Shown: piece by piece, positions 19,173 to 28,841 of the stretch
Layout of the letters: each line of letters begins with the position of its first letter
How positions within the stretch are numbered: the first letter of the stretch is position 1
NCBI GenBank assembly: GCA_020047715.1
Contig: JAIFNN010000069.1
Location: 1-48,003, forward strand
DNA length: 48,003 bases
Direction of reading: 5' to 3'
From: Bacteroidota bacterium
Lineage (GTDB): Bacteria > Bacteroidota > Bacteroidia > Bacteroidales > GCA-2748055
The notes under the pieces: model-generated
The model's database searches: none
Seen by the model: only the letters and a program-made list of their open reading frames with translations
What the model was told of the DNA's origin: nothing
Translations under genes and position numbers: made by a program

Positions 19173-20378
19173 ATGCCAGATTCCAAACGCAAAAGAGGAA
19201 CAATCGCCATTCTTACAGGTGGCGGCGACGTGCCGGGATTAAATCCGGCCATCAGGGCGATAACCATCAGGGCTCTCAGGGAAGGTTACCGGGTGTTGGG
19301 ACTTCGCAGAGGCTGGGCAGGAATTATGGAGCTTCAGCGCGACAAAGATGCCGACAACAGTGATAACTATCAGTATTTAAGCGAGGAAATAGTTAATAAA
19401 GCGGGGAGAACAGGCGGGACTTTTCTGCATACCTCAAGAACAAGGCCCAGCCATGTCCCGAAAGATATGGTGCCCGACCATCTGCAGTCGGTCTATTCAG
19501 ACGACATAAACGATTTGACTCCCGAGGTGCTGAAGAACCTCAGTTTTCTGGGAGTGGATTTTCTTATCCCCATCGGCGGCGACGACACCCTTTCCTATGC
19601 CGTAAGGATGTACCAGGAAGGGGTTAAGGTTATTGCCATACCCAAAACCATGGACAATGATGTTCCGGGAACCGACTATTGCATAGGATTCAGCACATGT
19701 GTTACCAGAACCATCAATATGACAAATACGCTTAGGACTTCGGCCGGATCCCATGAGAGAATTCTCGTGCTTGAAGTTTTCGGAAGATATGCCGGGTTTA
19801 CAGCCATGTTGCCTACTATGGCCGGGGCGGCTAACCGATGTGTAATACCGGAATACAAGTTTGACATTGACAAGCTGACTCGTTTGTTGGTGGAGGACCG
19901 TAAGAATAATCCCAGCAAATATTCTGTGGTTTTGGTGTCGGAAGGGGCTACTTTTTCCGGCATGGAAGAAATGATGTTTCGACAGAAGGAAAAAGACATG
20001 TATGGACATTCCAAACTTGGAGGAATTGGTGAAGCCGTTTCTGGAAAAATAAAGGAGATTTCCCCGCAATACAATAATGGCAAGGCCGTTAATGTAATTA
20101 CCCAGCAATTGGGGTATCTGGTAAGGGGAGGAGATCCGGATTCTATTGACTCTATCGTTCCCATGGCTTATGGGAACCTGGCGCTGGACCTTGTTCTCAA
20201 GGGCATCCATGGAAGGCTTGTTGTGCTTCGGAATGGCCGTTACGACAATGCACCGCTGGATGTGGTAACATCTTCGAAAAAGTTGGTGGATCTGAAAAAA
20301 TATTATAACACCGATCGCTACCGACCTCATTATAAAAGCTTTGAGTTTCAGCCTTTGTTTATTATGACGGGGTCGTGA
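19173..20378 (+). CDS. pfkA: 6-phosphofructokinase (PfkA family, second paralogue, PPi-type signature)
   Basis: TGGGDVPGLN, GGDDT, PKTMDND, FGRYAG, LGYLVRGG. Confidence 0.92.
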   Translation: MPDSKRKRGTIAILTGGGDVPGLNPAIRAITIRALREGYRVLGLRRGWAGIMELQRDKDADNSDNYQYLSEEIVNKAGRTGGTFLHTSRTRPSHVPKDMVPDHLQSVYSDDINDLTPEVLKNLSFLGVDFLIPIGGDDTLSYAVRMYQEGVKVIAIPKTMDNDVPGTDYCIGFSTCVTRTINMTNTLRTSAGSHERILVLEVFGRYAGFTAMLPTMAGAANRCVIPEYKFDIDKLTRLLVEDRKNNPSKYSVVLVSEGATFSGMEEMMFRQKEKDMYGHSKLGGIGEAVSGKIKEISPQYNNGKAVNVITQQLGYLVRGGDPDSIDSIVPMAYGNLALDLVLKGIHGRLVVLRNGRYDNAPLDVVTSSKKLVDLKKYYNTDRYRPHYKSFEFQPLFIMTGS

Positions 20379-20450
20379 TGACCCGCGCCATAATAATTAT
20401 TGGTTTTGCAGGAAAGGTTCAGCGGATTGCCAGTCCGGCAGGAACAGTTT

Positions 20451-20924
20451 TTACTTGAAATACACCCATGATTTGGAGGCAATCACAGAACGAGCTTTTT
20501 TCAATGCAGGTAATGCATCCTTCAATCCTGAATGAGTAGAAGAGGTAACGAGCTTAAAGTTTGAAGGCCCGTCGATAATATTTCCCTCGTAACCCATAGA
20601 TTTGATTTTGCCTGCATATTCCTCGGCATACTTCTGGTTTTTGAAACTTCCAACTACTACATAAAAACCTGTCACCGGTGTTTTTGGATTCGAAGCCTCA
20701 TAGTTGGCAAGCTTTTGCTCATATTCGGCACGCAGTGCATCCAACTCCCTTTCATATGCGGCGGCATCTTCTTTTATTTGGTTTTGCAGCTCATCGTTTT
20801 CAGCTACAAGCGCGTCAATCTCCTGTTGACTCATAGCAGGTTTCCCAAACCACTCATTAAGTTTTTTGCAGGAAGAAAACGATACCATCGAAACGGCCAG
20901 GATATAAATAATTGTTCTTTTCAT
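20451..20924 (-). CDS. SPOR-domain lipoprotein
   Basis: Lipobox FSS-C, coiled coil, FYVVVGSFKN...SWVY SPOR motif. Confidence 0.8.
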   Translation of the reverse strand: MKRTIIYILAVSMVSFSSCKKLNEWFGKPAMSQQEIDALVAENDELQNQIKEDAAAYERELDALRAEYEQKLANYEASNPKTPVTGFYVVVGSFKNQKYAEEYAGKIKSMGYEGNIIDGPSNFKLVTSSTHSGLKDALPALKKARSVIASKSWVYFK

Positions 20925-21229
20925 AATCATTTGATTAAATGTGAAATATGTCAACTTCAACAAAAATATGAATTAAGGATATATAAATCCATTATTCAGG
21001 CAATTATTATTAACATTTTTTTTGCGTTGCTATCGATTTTTCGCGTCCGGATTGGCGTTTCGAGGCAGCAGGAACGGAATTTTCCTTAACTGTTCTCAAT
21101 TCAAAAGTGGGTTTAGCACAAAAATCCTTTTACACAACATAGTATAATCGGATATCTCTATTTACATAGAAAAGTAAAAAGATTAAATTTGTTTGATTCA
21201 GATATCCTATATTGCAAAAAAATAAATCC

Positions 21230-22225
21230 ATGGCAGACCTAAGCGTAAAATACCTCGGACTTGATCTTAAGACGCCTCTGATTGCGGCTTCATCGGGATT
21301 GACAGATAACATTGACAACCTTAAGCGTTTTGAGAAGCACGGTGTGGGAGCTGTAGTTCTAAAATCTCTTTTTGAGGAAGAGATACGTATTGAAAAAGAT
21401 GCGGCATTGTCCAAAATGAGTTCGTCGGGGTTTATTTACCCTGAATCGATGGAATTTTATGACTATCTCGATGGGGCCGACAGCGAAAGCACTTATCGCT
21501 ATCTTGACTTTATCCGCGAGGCGAAGAAGAAGCTCTCAATTCCGGTTATTCCTAGCATTAACTGTGTTACAGCCGAACAGTGGACTGATTTTCCGAAGCA
21601 AATTCAGGAAGCAGGAGCCGATGCCCTCGAACTCAATATCTTTATTATACCGTCAGACCTGAACCGGACGAAGTTCGAAAATGAAAAGACCTATTTTGAT
21701 ATTGTTAAGGAGGTCAAGAAACAGGTTACCATACCGATCTCTCTCAAGGTGAGTTTTTACTTTTCGGATTTGGCGCTGATGCTCAAAAGACTCTCCGAAT
21801 CGGGCATAGCAGGACTGGTACTTTTCAATCGCTTCTATAGTCCCGATATCGACATCGACACATTGGAGGTTACTTCTGCCAGTGTTTTGAGTTCGCCCGG
21901 CGACTTTTCGCCTTCCCTTCGCTGGATTGCCATAATGAGGGATTATGTATCATGTGATCTGGCATCCTCAGGGGGCGTGCACGATGGAAATACCCTGATA
22001 AAAATGATTTTGGCCGGAGCCAATGCCGTTCAGGTAGCTTCAGCTTTTTATAAAAACGGAATTGATTATGGTGATGATATGATAGGCGTGCTACAAGCCT
22101 GGATGAAAAAGAACAATTACAAAAGCATCGAGGAATTCCGCTCATTGATGCGGCAGCATGAATCGGTTAATCCTGCCGTTTTTCAGCGGGTTCAGTTTAT
22201 GAAGTATTTCAGGGGACAGAGGTGA
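21230..22225 (+). CDS. Dihydroorotate dehydrogenase-like flavoprotein
   Basis: YLGLDLKTPLIAASS, GAVVLKSLFEE, GADALELN, LFNRFY, GANAVQ. Confidence 0.88.
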   Translation: MADLSVKYLGLDLKTPLIAASSGLTDNIDNLKRFEKHGVGAVVLKSLFEEEIRIEKDAALSKMSSSGFIYPESMEFYDYLDGADSESTYRYLDFIREAKKKLSIPVIPSINCVTAEQWTDFPKQIQEAGADALELNIFIIPSDLNRTKFENEKTYFDIVKEVKKQVTIPISLKVSFYFSDLALMLKRLSESGIAGLVLFNRFYSPDIDIDTLEVTSASVLSSPGDFSPSLRWIAIMRDYVSCDLASSGGVHDGNTLIKMILAGANAVQVASAFYKNGIDYGDDMIGVLQAWMKKNNYKSIEEFRSLMRQHESVNPAVFQRVQFMKYFRGQR

Positions 22226-22226
22226 C

Positions 22227-22805
22227 CTAAACCAGATCGCATGCATCTGCAGGCATCCAGTGCTTGTCTTTCCCGTCCCATTTAACGTTGCATCCAATCG
22301 GATTGGTTACGGGAATGCTAATTTCTTTGCCTTGCGTAAGTTCTGACAGGCTGCGGTCGAGATCGTTAACAGTCATTTTTGAAGTGTCGCGGGGTTGATC
22401 AACGCCACGACCTGTATAAAGCAATTTCCGGTCCTTACCGAAAACGTAAAAATGTGGTGTCCGGAGTGCTCCGAAGGTTTTAGCTATTTCCTGCGATTCA
22501 TCGTAAAGGTATACCCATGGAAACTTATGTTGTTTCATGCGCACTTTCATGTGTTCGAAGTCGTCTTCGACATAGGTGTTTTTGCTGTTGGAGTTGATTG
22601 CAACAAATCGCACACCCAGTGAGGCGTATTTTAGGGCGGTTTTTCTGGTTTCCTCATCAGATCCGATAACATAGGGGCAGTGATTGCATGTAAAGAATAT
22701 CACAAGGAAAGGCTCTTTAAAATCCTCGGAATTATAGGTCTGGCCGTCGGTGGCGGGCAAAATGAAGGCTGGGGCAACAGCCCCGTTTGGCAATGTGAAC
22801 GACAT
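22227..22805 (-). CDS. Thioredoxin-fold / peroxiredoxin-like protein
   Basis: [30 protein letters not shown]. Confidence 0.9.
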   Translation of the reverse strand: MSFTLPNGAVAPAFILPATDGQTYNSEDFKEPFLVIFFTCNHCPYVIGSDEETRKTALKYASLGVRFVAINSNSKNTYVEDDFEHMKVRMKQHKFPWVYLYDESQEIAKTFGALRTPHFYVFGKDRKLLYTGRGVDQPRDTSKMTVNDLDRSLSELTQGKEISIPVTNPIGCNVKWDGKDKHWMPADACDLV

Positions 22806-22875
22806 GTTTTGTGTTTTTAAATCTATACCAATAAAAACAATAAACAATAGTCGAGATTAAAAGTTTATTCAGCAA

Positions 22876-24003
22876 TTACTTTACCTTATCCTGCAGTTCG
22901 AAAATGCAGATAATCGGATAATGATCGGAGAGATTTGCTTCGACCTTTTCAAACAGGATGGGTTTAAAAGCCATGCCATGAAAAATATAGTCAATCCTGA
23001 AATAGGGGAACAGCCCCTGATAAGTGCTGCCGGTACCCTGACCGGAACTTATGAAGGCATCTTTCAAGCCTTTCCTCATTTTTCGATAGGAGTAGGAGAC
23101 AGGCGTGTCGTTAAAATCTCCACAAACCAACACGGGATATGCTGAGGTTTTGATGTGTTTGGAAATTGCATCAACCTGCGCCGAGCGTTTGATGTATGCT
23201 GTTTTTAGGCGGGAGGAAATATCCCTGATCTCTTTCATTTGGTCCTCATCATACCGAAGTTTCAGCGTGTCTAGGAAATTGAGATTTCGTCTTTGCAGTT
23301 GTACCGATTGGAGGTGGTTATTGTAGATTCTGATGGTGTCGTTATCAACGATCACATCCGTGAATATTGCCTCATTGGCAGTCTTCGGAAAACTTATGGT
23401 TCCCTGATTAACAATTGGGTATCGGCTGAATGTGGCAATGCCATAACCCGAGTTGGTACTGTTTTTAAAGGAGTAATGGATAAAACTGTAAGGGGTATCA
23501 GAGAAGAACCTCTTAATTTTTTCGGGACGGTAATCTTTTTTGGTGCTGCTATAGAATTCCTGGAGGCAGATGATATCCGGGCGCTCGCTTCGTATGAAAT
23601 TGAAGATGTCTTGATTGGTTCCCGGGTCTGATAGCCATTCGTAAATATTAAACAGACGAACATTATAGGAGAGTATTTTCAGCTGTCTGGGGTTTTCCTT
23701 CACAAACTCTTTTTTGTTGTCCTTCCCCAACCGCATAGGGATAAAGTCATTAAGGTGATTAAGGCCAATCAGAATTGCCAGGAATGAAACCAGGAACTCT
23801 TTTTTAAGCCTGAAAATCCAATATATCATGAAAAGGACATTCAAAAACAGGATATAGGGATAAGCCAAGCCGAAAAAAGCCAATACCCATATCTTTGCAG
23901 GTGATATATAGGTTGAGAGGTACGAAAGCAGCAAGGCAACCCCCAGCAGAACGTTGATATAGAAGAAAACTCGGTTAATGAAGCGTCTCAATGGAGGATG
24001 CAA
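22876..24003 (-). CDS. Endonuclease/exonuclease/phosphatase family membrane protein
   Basis: SYNV, DIICLQE, GDFNDTP, RIDYIF, SDHYP; N-terminal TM segments. Confidence 0.9.
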   Translation of the reverse strand: MHPPLRRFINRVFFYINVLLGVALLLSYLSTYISPAKIWVLAFFGLAYPYILFLNVLFMIYWIFRLKKEFLVSFLAILIGLNHLNDFIPMRLGKDNKKEFVKENPRQLKILSYNVRLFNIYEWLSDPGTNQDIFNFIRSERPDIICLQEFYSSTKKDYRPEKIKRFFSDTPYSFIHYSFKNSTNSGYGIATFSRYPIVNQGTISFPKTANEAIFTDVIVDNDTIRIYNNHLQSVQLQRRNLNFLDTLKLRYDEDQMKEIRDISSRLKTAYIKRSAQVDAISKHIKTSAYPVLVCGDFNDTPVSYSYRKMRKGLKDAFISSGQGTGSTYQGLFPYFRIDYIFHGMAFKPILFEKVEANLSDHYPIICIFELQDKVK

Positions 24004-24076
24004 TTATTTGTTTGTGGTTAAATTTACGACGATTGAAACAATGGCGCAAAAAGCACAGCTATTATTTTGTATAAAT

Positions 24077-24955
24077 TTATTTGCCCATCTTGAAAAGGGT
24101 GTCTTTTTCCTCTTTCGAGAGACTTTCGTAACCCGATTTTGAGATTTTATCGAGAATGGCATCCAGAATTTTTTGTTCTTCTTTTTTAACTGCTTTATAT
24201 TCGTAATCGTTGGCTGGTTTTTTATAGGATACCTTCATTTTTTTCCGGGGCTTTATCAGGGCAAACAAGCCGTCCATTATAGAGGAAAACCATTTGGTAA
24301 TATCTTTCCCTTGTTTGTAGCGGAGGATGAAGAAATATCCGAAAAGAGCACCTCCCATATGAGCAATTTTCCCTCCCGTGTTCATGGAGAAATCAACAAT
24401 GGACGAGAGCACAAAGCCTATTAGGGCCACCCAGATGATTTTAACCGGGCCGACAAAAACCAGATAGATAGTGTGGTTTGGGGCATAGGTGGCAGTGGCT
24501 ATAACAATTGCCATTACTGCAGCGGATGCACCCAGAGCGATTGAGTTGGGGGCCTGCTCACTCAATACAGGAACAAGATTGTATGCAAGAACATAGAGAA
24601 TCGCACCAGAAATCCCTCCCAGGATATAAATATTAACAAGTCGCTTCTCGTCGAGATAGGAGAGGAAAATTTTCCCAAACCAATAAAGCCAAAGCAGGTT
24701 AAAGAGGATATGGAAAAAATCCTTGTGCAGAAACATGTAAGTGAGCACCGTCCATGGCTTGCTCATAAGGGTGCCCAGGTCGGCAGGAACGGAGAGCCAC
24801 TCAAGAATGCTTATGGTGCCGTTTTCAACCGAAAACAGGTAAAGGAAGATGATGGCGATGTGCAAGGCCAGGAAAACACCAAGATTTATGTAAATCAGGC
24901 GGGTCAGGGCATTGCCATTCTTAAAGGAGTCTTTTATTTCGTCGGCGATGTTCAT
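24077..24955 (-). CDS. Rhomboid intramembrane serine protease with soluble C-terminal domain
   Basis: YMFLH..FFHILFN, GASAAV, AHMGG; LDKISKSGYESLS tail. Confidence 0.9.
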   Translation of the reverse strand: MNIADEIKDSFKNGNALTRLIYINLGVFLALHIAIIFLYLFSVENGTISILEWLSVPADLGTLMSKPWTVLTYMFLHKDFFHILFNLLWLYWFGKIFLSYLDEKRLVNIYILGGISGAILYVLAYNLVPVLSEQAPNSIALGASAAVMAIVIATATYAPNHTIYLVFVGPVKIIWVALIGFVLSSIVDFSMNTGGKIAHMGGALFGYFFILRYKQGKDITKWFSSIMDGLFALIKPRKKMKVSYKKPANDYEYKAVKKEEQKILDAILDKISKSGYESLSKEEKDTLFKMGK

Positions 24956-25032
24956 ATATCTGAAATTTCAAATATCAGTATGGCATGATAGGATCTGCGC
25001 AGGGGAATATGACCGCCCTACGCGATTCCCAA

Positions 25033-25770
25033 TTAATAAAATGCGTTTCGGTCTTTGCTCCAGAGCTTAATCATTACAAAACCAAACAACATCCCTCCGA
25101 GATGGGCAAAGTGGGCCACGTTGCTTCCCGACTGGCTGATACCCAGATAAAGCTCAATTAGTCCATACCCAATTACAAAATATTTTGCCTTAATGGGAAT
25201 GGGGGGGAAGAGCAGCATAAGTTGGGTATTGGGGAACAGCATTCCGAAAGCGAGAAGAACCCCGAAAACCGCACCGGATGCACCGATTGTTGGAGTCAGT
25301 AGCCCAACTGCAAGAGCCTTGGCCCTGGGGTCGCCCATACTGTAGAGCCGGTCAAGAACCTCAGGGGTTATCTGTTCTATTCCATAAGTTTGACTTACAT
25401 AATTCATCAGGGGATTGAGCTCAATGAAAAGTACAAGGGTATGAAGGAAAACCGCACCCAAACCGGTTATCATATAATATATGAAGAACCTTTTGCTTCC
25501 CCAGACTTGTTCCAGGACCTTGCCGAACATCCACAAAGCGAACATATTGAAGAATATGTGAGTGAGAGAGCCATGCATAAACATGTGGCTGATAATCTGA
25601 TACGGATTAAACAGGGGGGAACTTAGAAAATACAGCCCCAAAACATGGTTTAAATCGGTGTTGAATGCCTGTCGAATTGCCAGCGTCCCCAAAAATAATA
25701 GGGCGTTGATAATGATAAGGTTTTTTACTACCGGAGGGGTATTGCCTGTTCGTCCAAAATATGTACTCAT
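25033..25770 (-). CDS. Rhomboid intramembrane serine protease
   Basis: HMFMHG..HIFFNM, GASGAVFG, AHFAHLGG. Confidence 0.93.
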   Translation of the reverse strand: MSTYFGRTGNTPPVVKNLIIINALLFLGTLAIRQAFNTDLNHVLGLYFLSSPLFNPYQIISHMFMHGSLTHIFFNMFALWMFGKVLEQVWGSKRFFIYYMITGLGAVFLHTLVLFIELNPLMNYVSQTYGIEQITPEVLDRLYSMGDPRAKALAVGLLTPTIGASGAVFGVLLAFGMLFPNTQLMLLFPPIPIKAKYFVIGYGLIELYLGISQSGSNVAHFAHLGGMLFGFVMIKLWSKDRNAFY

Positions 25771-25772
25771 TC

Positions 25773-27584
25773 TTATTTAAGTATTTTTTCAATTTCCTCA
25801 ACACTCATGATACTGATTACCTGCTTTCCTCCCGGGGAATAATTCGGGTTTGAACAGGCAAACAAATGGTCCACAAGGTTTCGCATCTCTTCTTGTTCAA
25901 GAACCTTGCCATAGGGTATGGCTGAGGCTTTGGCAGCAGCCCTTGCGATCTTATCCTGTGCTTCCAAAAGCAGGTCTCCCTCATAGGACTTGAAGGTTTC
26001 AAGCATTTCGTCGATCAGATCTTTAAGAACTGCATTTTTGACAGTAGCGGGAATCCCATTGACAATTATGGCATTGTTTCCTATGTCGCGTATGTCGAAA
26101 CCCAAACGGTTTACGCTGTCGATAATTCCGATAAAAGTAACATAATCAGCATGATTTAGTTCGATAGTCTCGGGAAAAAGGGTTTGTTGTCCCGCAAAAG
26201 CATCCGTAGCAAGCGATTTGAGATTTTCCTCATATAATATTCTCTCGTGAGCTCTTTTTTGGTCGATGATCATAAATCCCGATCTTACGGCGGCCAGGAT
26301 ATAGCGATTTTTAATCTGTAAAAACTTGTTCCCATCGGCCATGTCAGGGTTTACTTTAGTGGGAAACGATTTCTGCGGGTTGGAGAAATCGTTTCGGGCC
26401 GATTCGAAAGGATCGACCGACTCGAGATAGGATTCCCTGTCGCGGTAGGGATTTCTTACAGGTCTGTCGTGCTCGCTGTCGAAAGGGTTGAAATTCCTGT
26501 TTAGGTTGATTTGCGGTGTCCGTATGAGAGTCTCGTTTCTCAGGACCGGGATATCAATAACTCCCTCGGTATTAAAATCCAGTGAGGGCATCAGGTTGTA
26601 TTTCCCAATCGATTCCTTCACAACGGCTAGGAGAATCTGCCAGATGGCCACCTCGTCCTCAAATTTTATTTCGGTTTTGGTAGGGTGGATGTTGATGTCG
26701 ATTTTTTCCGGGTCGGACTCGAAAAAGATAAAATACGAAGGAATGGCGTCGTTGGGAAGGATTTGCTGGTAAGCCTGGGTTACTGCCCGATGAAAATAGG
26801 GGTGTTTGATGTAGCGGTTATTCACGAAAAAGAACTGCTCGCCATAGGTTTTCTTGGCAAACTCGGGCTTCCCGATAAATCCGTCGATTTTCACGAGTGT
26901 GGTATCGGTAATTACCGGTATAAGGTTTTGATTGAGTGCTTTTCCAAAGATCGCGATAATTCGTTGCCTAAGGGTTGTTTTTGGGAGGTTGTAAATCTGG
27001 GAGTTGTTATGGATCAGGGAGAACTCGATTCCCGGATGGGCAAGTGCGATATGGTTGAATTCGGTGATAATATGGCGGAGTTCGGTGCTATTGCTCTTCA
27101 GGAATTTTCGCCGGGCCGGGATATTGTAAAACAGGTTCTTTACCGAGAAGTTGCTGCCTTCCTGGCAAGCCACGGGCTCGTTGAGCAGAATCTCAGAGGC
27201 GCTGATGCGAATATGGGTTCCGAGCTCGTCTTCTTCCCTTTTGGTTTTAAGGCTAACCTCGGCAATGGCGGCAATGGAAGCCAGAGCTTCGCCACGGAAA
27301 CCTTTGGTGCGGATAGAGAAAAGGTCGTTGGCGACGCGTATCTTGGAAGTGGCATGCCGCTCCCAGCACAAGCGGGCGTCGGTCTCCGACATACCGAATC
27401 CGTTGTCGATAACCTGAACCAATGTTCGCCCGGAATCTTTTACGTTTATGGTTATGTTGTTGGCCCCCGAATCGACCGCGTTTTCAACCAGCTCCTTAAC
27501 AACCGAAGCGGGCCGTTGAATTACCTCCCCCGCAGCAATCTGATTGGCAACAGCATCCGGTAAAAGTTGTATGATATCGGCCAT
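25773..27584 (-). CDS. mutL: DNA mismatch repair endonuclease MutL
   Basis: NQIAAGEVIQRPASVVKELVENA, GFRGEAL, NIHPTK, DQKRAHERILYE. Confidence 0.98.
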   Translation of the reverse strand: MADIIQLLPDAVANQIAAGEVIQRPASVVKELVENAVDSGANNITINVKDSGRTLVQVIDNGFGMSETDARLCWERHATSKIRVANDLFSIRTKGFRGEALASIAAIAEVSLKTKREEDELGTHIRISASEILLNEPVACQEGSNFSVKNLFYNIPARRKFLKSNSTELRHIITEFNHIALAHPGIEFSLIHNNSQIYNLPKTTLRQRIIAIFGKALNQNLIPVITDTTLVKIDGFIGKPEFAKKTYGEQFFFVNNRYIKHPYFHRAVTQAYQQILPNDAIPSYFIFFESDPEKIDINIHPTKTEIKFEDEVAIWQILLAVVKESIGKYNLMPSLDFNTEGVIDIPVLRNETLIRTPQINLNRNFNPFDSEHDRPVRNPYRDRESYLESVDPFESARNDFSNPQKSFPTKVNPDMADGNKFLQIKNRYILAAVRSGFMIIDQKRAHERILYEENLKSLATDAFAGQQTLFPETIELNHADYVTFIGIIDSVNRLGFDIRDIGNNAIIVNGIPATVKNAVLKDLIDEMLETFKSYEGDLLLEAQDKIARAAAKASAIPYGKVLEQEEMRNLVDHLFACSNPNYSPGGKQVISIMSVEEIEKILK

Positions 27585-27863
27585 CTACCGGAATAATAGG
27601 AGATACGACACAAACAGCAGGAAAAGTATAATCAGGATCAGACGAGTATTTGACTGTTTTCGGACTGTTTCACCTTTTTTGAAATAGGTTTTCATGGTGC
27701 CTCTCTGAATGCCGGGGGTATAGGAACCGGGAGGCTGGGTGCCTGCTTCGGCCCTGAGCTTTCGCATACGTGCTTCGCGTTCCTCCTTTTCAGGATCGTG
27801 GTAAAGGGGGAGGTAGGTGAATTTTCGATATTCGGGTAGCTTGAAAAGTCTCGGTAGATTCAT
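27585..27863 (-). CDS. Small membrane-anchored hypothetical protein upstream of mutL
   Basis: MNLPRLFKLP..RKF.Y.P.Y.DP.KE; C-terminal TM helix; abuts the mutL start. Confidence 0.75.
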   Translation of the reverse strand: MNLPRLFKLPEYRKFTYLPLYHDPEKEEREARMRKLRAEAGTQPPGSYTPGIQRGTMKTYFKKGETVRKQSNTRLILIILFLLFVSYLLLFR

Positions 27864-27881
27864 GCGCAAAAAATTTATCTG

Positions 27882-27889
27882 CAAAGTTA
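27882..27889 (-). promoter_or_regulatory. sigmaA -7 element for the mutL operon
   Basis: caaagtta = TAACTTTG on the minus strand, 18 nt before ATG 27863. Confidence 0.55.
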
Positions 27890-28055
27890 TGATATTTTTG
27901 GAACTACTCCGAAACAAAAAATAATTGTTGGGGTTTTGATAGAATTCCCGCTAAACACTTGAAATATCAGCATTGTCTCAACACCTAAACAATGCCTTCT
28001 CATTTAGGTTAAAAGAATCAAAAAGTGTATTTTCGTGAAAATAAATTTTCACATC

Positions 28056-28646
28056 ATGGAGCTCATCAAAAATAGTCTTGACGAATCACTTGCCGTTCTT
28101 CAACAGTTTATCGGTAACGAGGGGAATATCCTGGCCATAAAGCGTGCCGGCGATATTATGCTAGATGCCCTCGGGCAGGGTGGACGTGTCATTTCATTCG
28201 GAAATGGAGGTTCCATGAGCGACGCTATGCATTTTGCCGAAGAGCTTACGGGGAGGTTTCGGGATGACCGGCCGGCAATCTCAGCCCTGTCGATTTCCGA
28301 CCCCACCCACATCACCTGTGTGGCAAACGATTACGGATTTGATTCGATTTTTTCGCGATTTCTGGAGGCGAACGGCAGAAAGGGAGACGTAGTCCTTGCC
28401 ATCAGCACCAGCGGCAATTCCAAAAATGTTATACTGGCCTGCGAAGTTGCAAGAGCAAAAGGAATGAAGGTCGTTGCACTTACAGGCAAAACCGGTGGCA
28501 AGTTGGCTGATCTGGCCGACGTGGAAATCCGTGCACCCCATATGGGCTATTCCGATAGGATACAAGAGCTTCATATTAAGGTGATTCATATTTTGATCGA
28601 GTATATTGAGAAGGGAGTTGGGAAGGGTGACGAGGTAACGGGGTAA
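28056..28646 (+). CDS. gmhA: D-sedoheptulose-7-phosphate isomerase
   Basis: [41 protein letters not shown]. Confidence 0.95.
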   Translation: MELIKNSLDESLAVLQQFIGNEGNILAIKRAGDIMLDALGQGGRVISFGNGGSMSDAMHFAEELTGRFRDDRPAISALSISDPTHITCVANDYGFDSIFSRFLEANGRKGDVVLAISTSGNSKNVILACEVARAKGMKVVALTGKTGGKLADLADVEIRAPHMGYSDRIQELHIKVIHILIEYIEKGVGKGDEVTG

Positions 28647-28735
28647 CGAGGTGACGGGGTGACGAGGTGACGAGGTGACGGGGTGAGGAGGTAACGGGGT
28701 AACGAGGTAACGGGGTAACGAGGTAACGGGGTAAC
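28624..28735. repeat. Octamer tandem repeat, 14 units of G(A/G)GGT(A/G)AC
   Basis: Counted directly; overlaps the gmhA stop codon. Confidence 0.95.
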
Positions 28736-28743
28736 GGGCGCTG

Positions 28744-28760
28744 CCCTGAGCCTGTCGAAG
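28744..28760. repeat. REP-like motif CCCTGAGCCTGTCGAAG
   Basis: Resembles, from recollection, a dispersed extragenic repeat of Bacteroidota; single copy in the window. Confidence 0.4.
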
Positions 28761-28841
28761 TGGAAGCTAACTTTCTCTCTCGTTTGAATTCGTAAAAATA
28801 TTTTATCAAATGATTTTTAACTGGAACAAAGATTAGGTGCT

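Noticed and set aside
19497-20330. 277-aa minus-strand ORF
   Set aside because: Antisense shadow of the second pfk gene
26685-27563. 292-aa plus-strand ORF
   Set aside because: Antisense shadow of mutL with no recognisable motifs
22876-27863. mutL linked to two rhomboids and an EEP protein
   Set aside because: Familiar conserved Bacteroidota gene order
28576-28809. 77-aa ORF with PRHLVTSS-like repeats
   Set aside because: Translation of the octamer DNA repeat, not a credible gene
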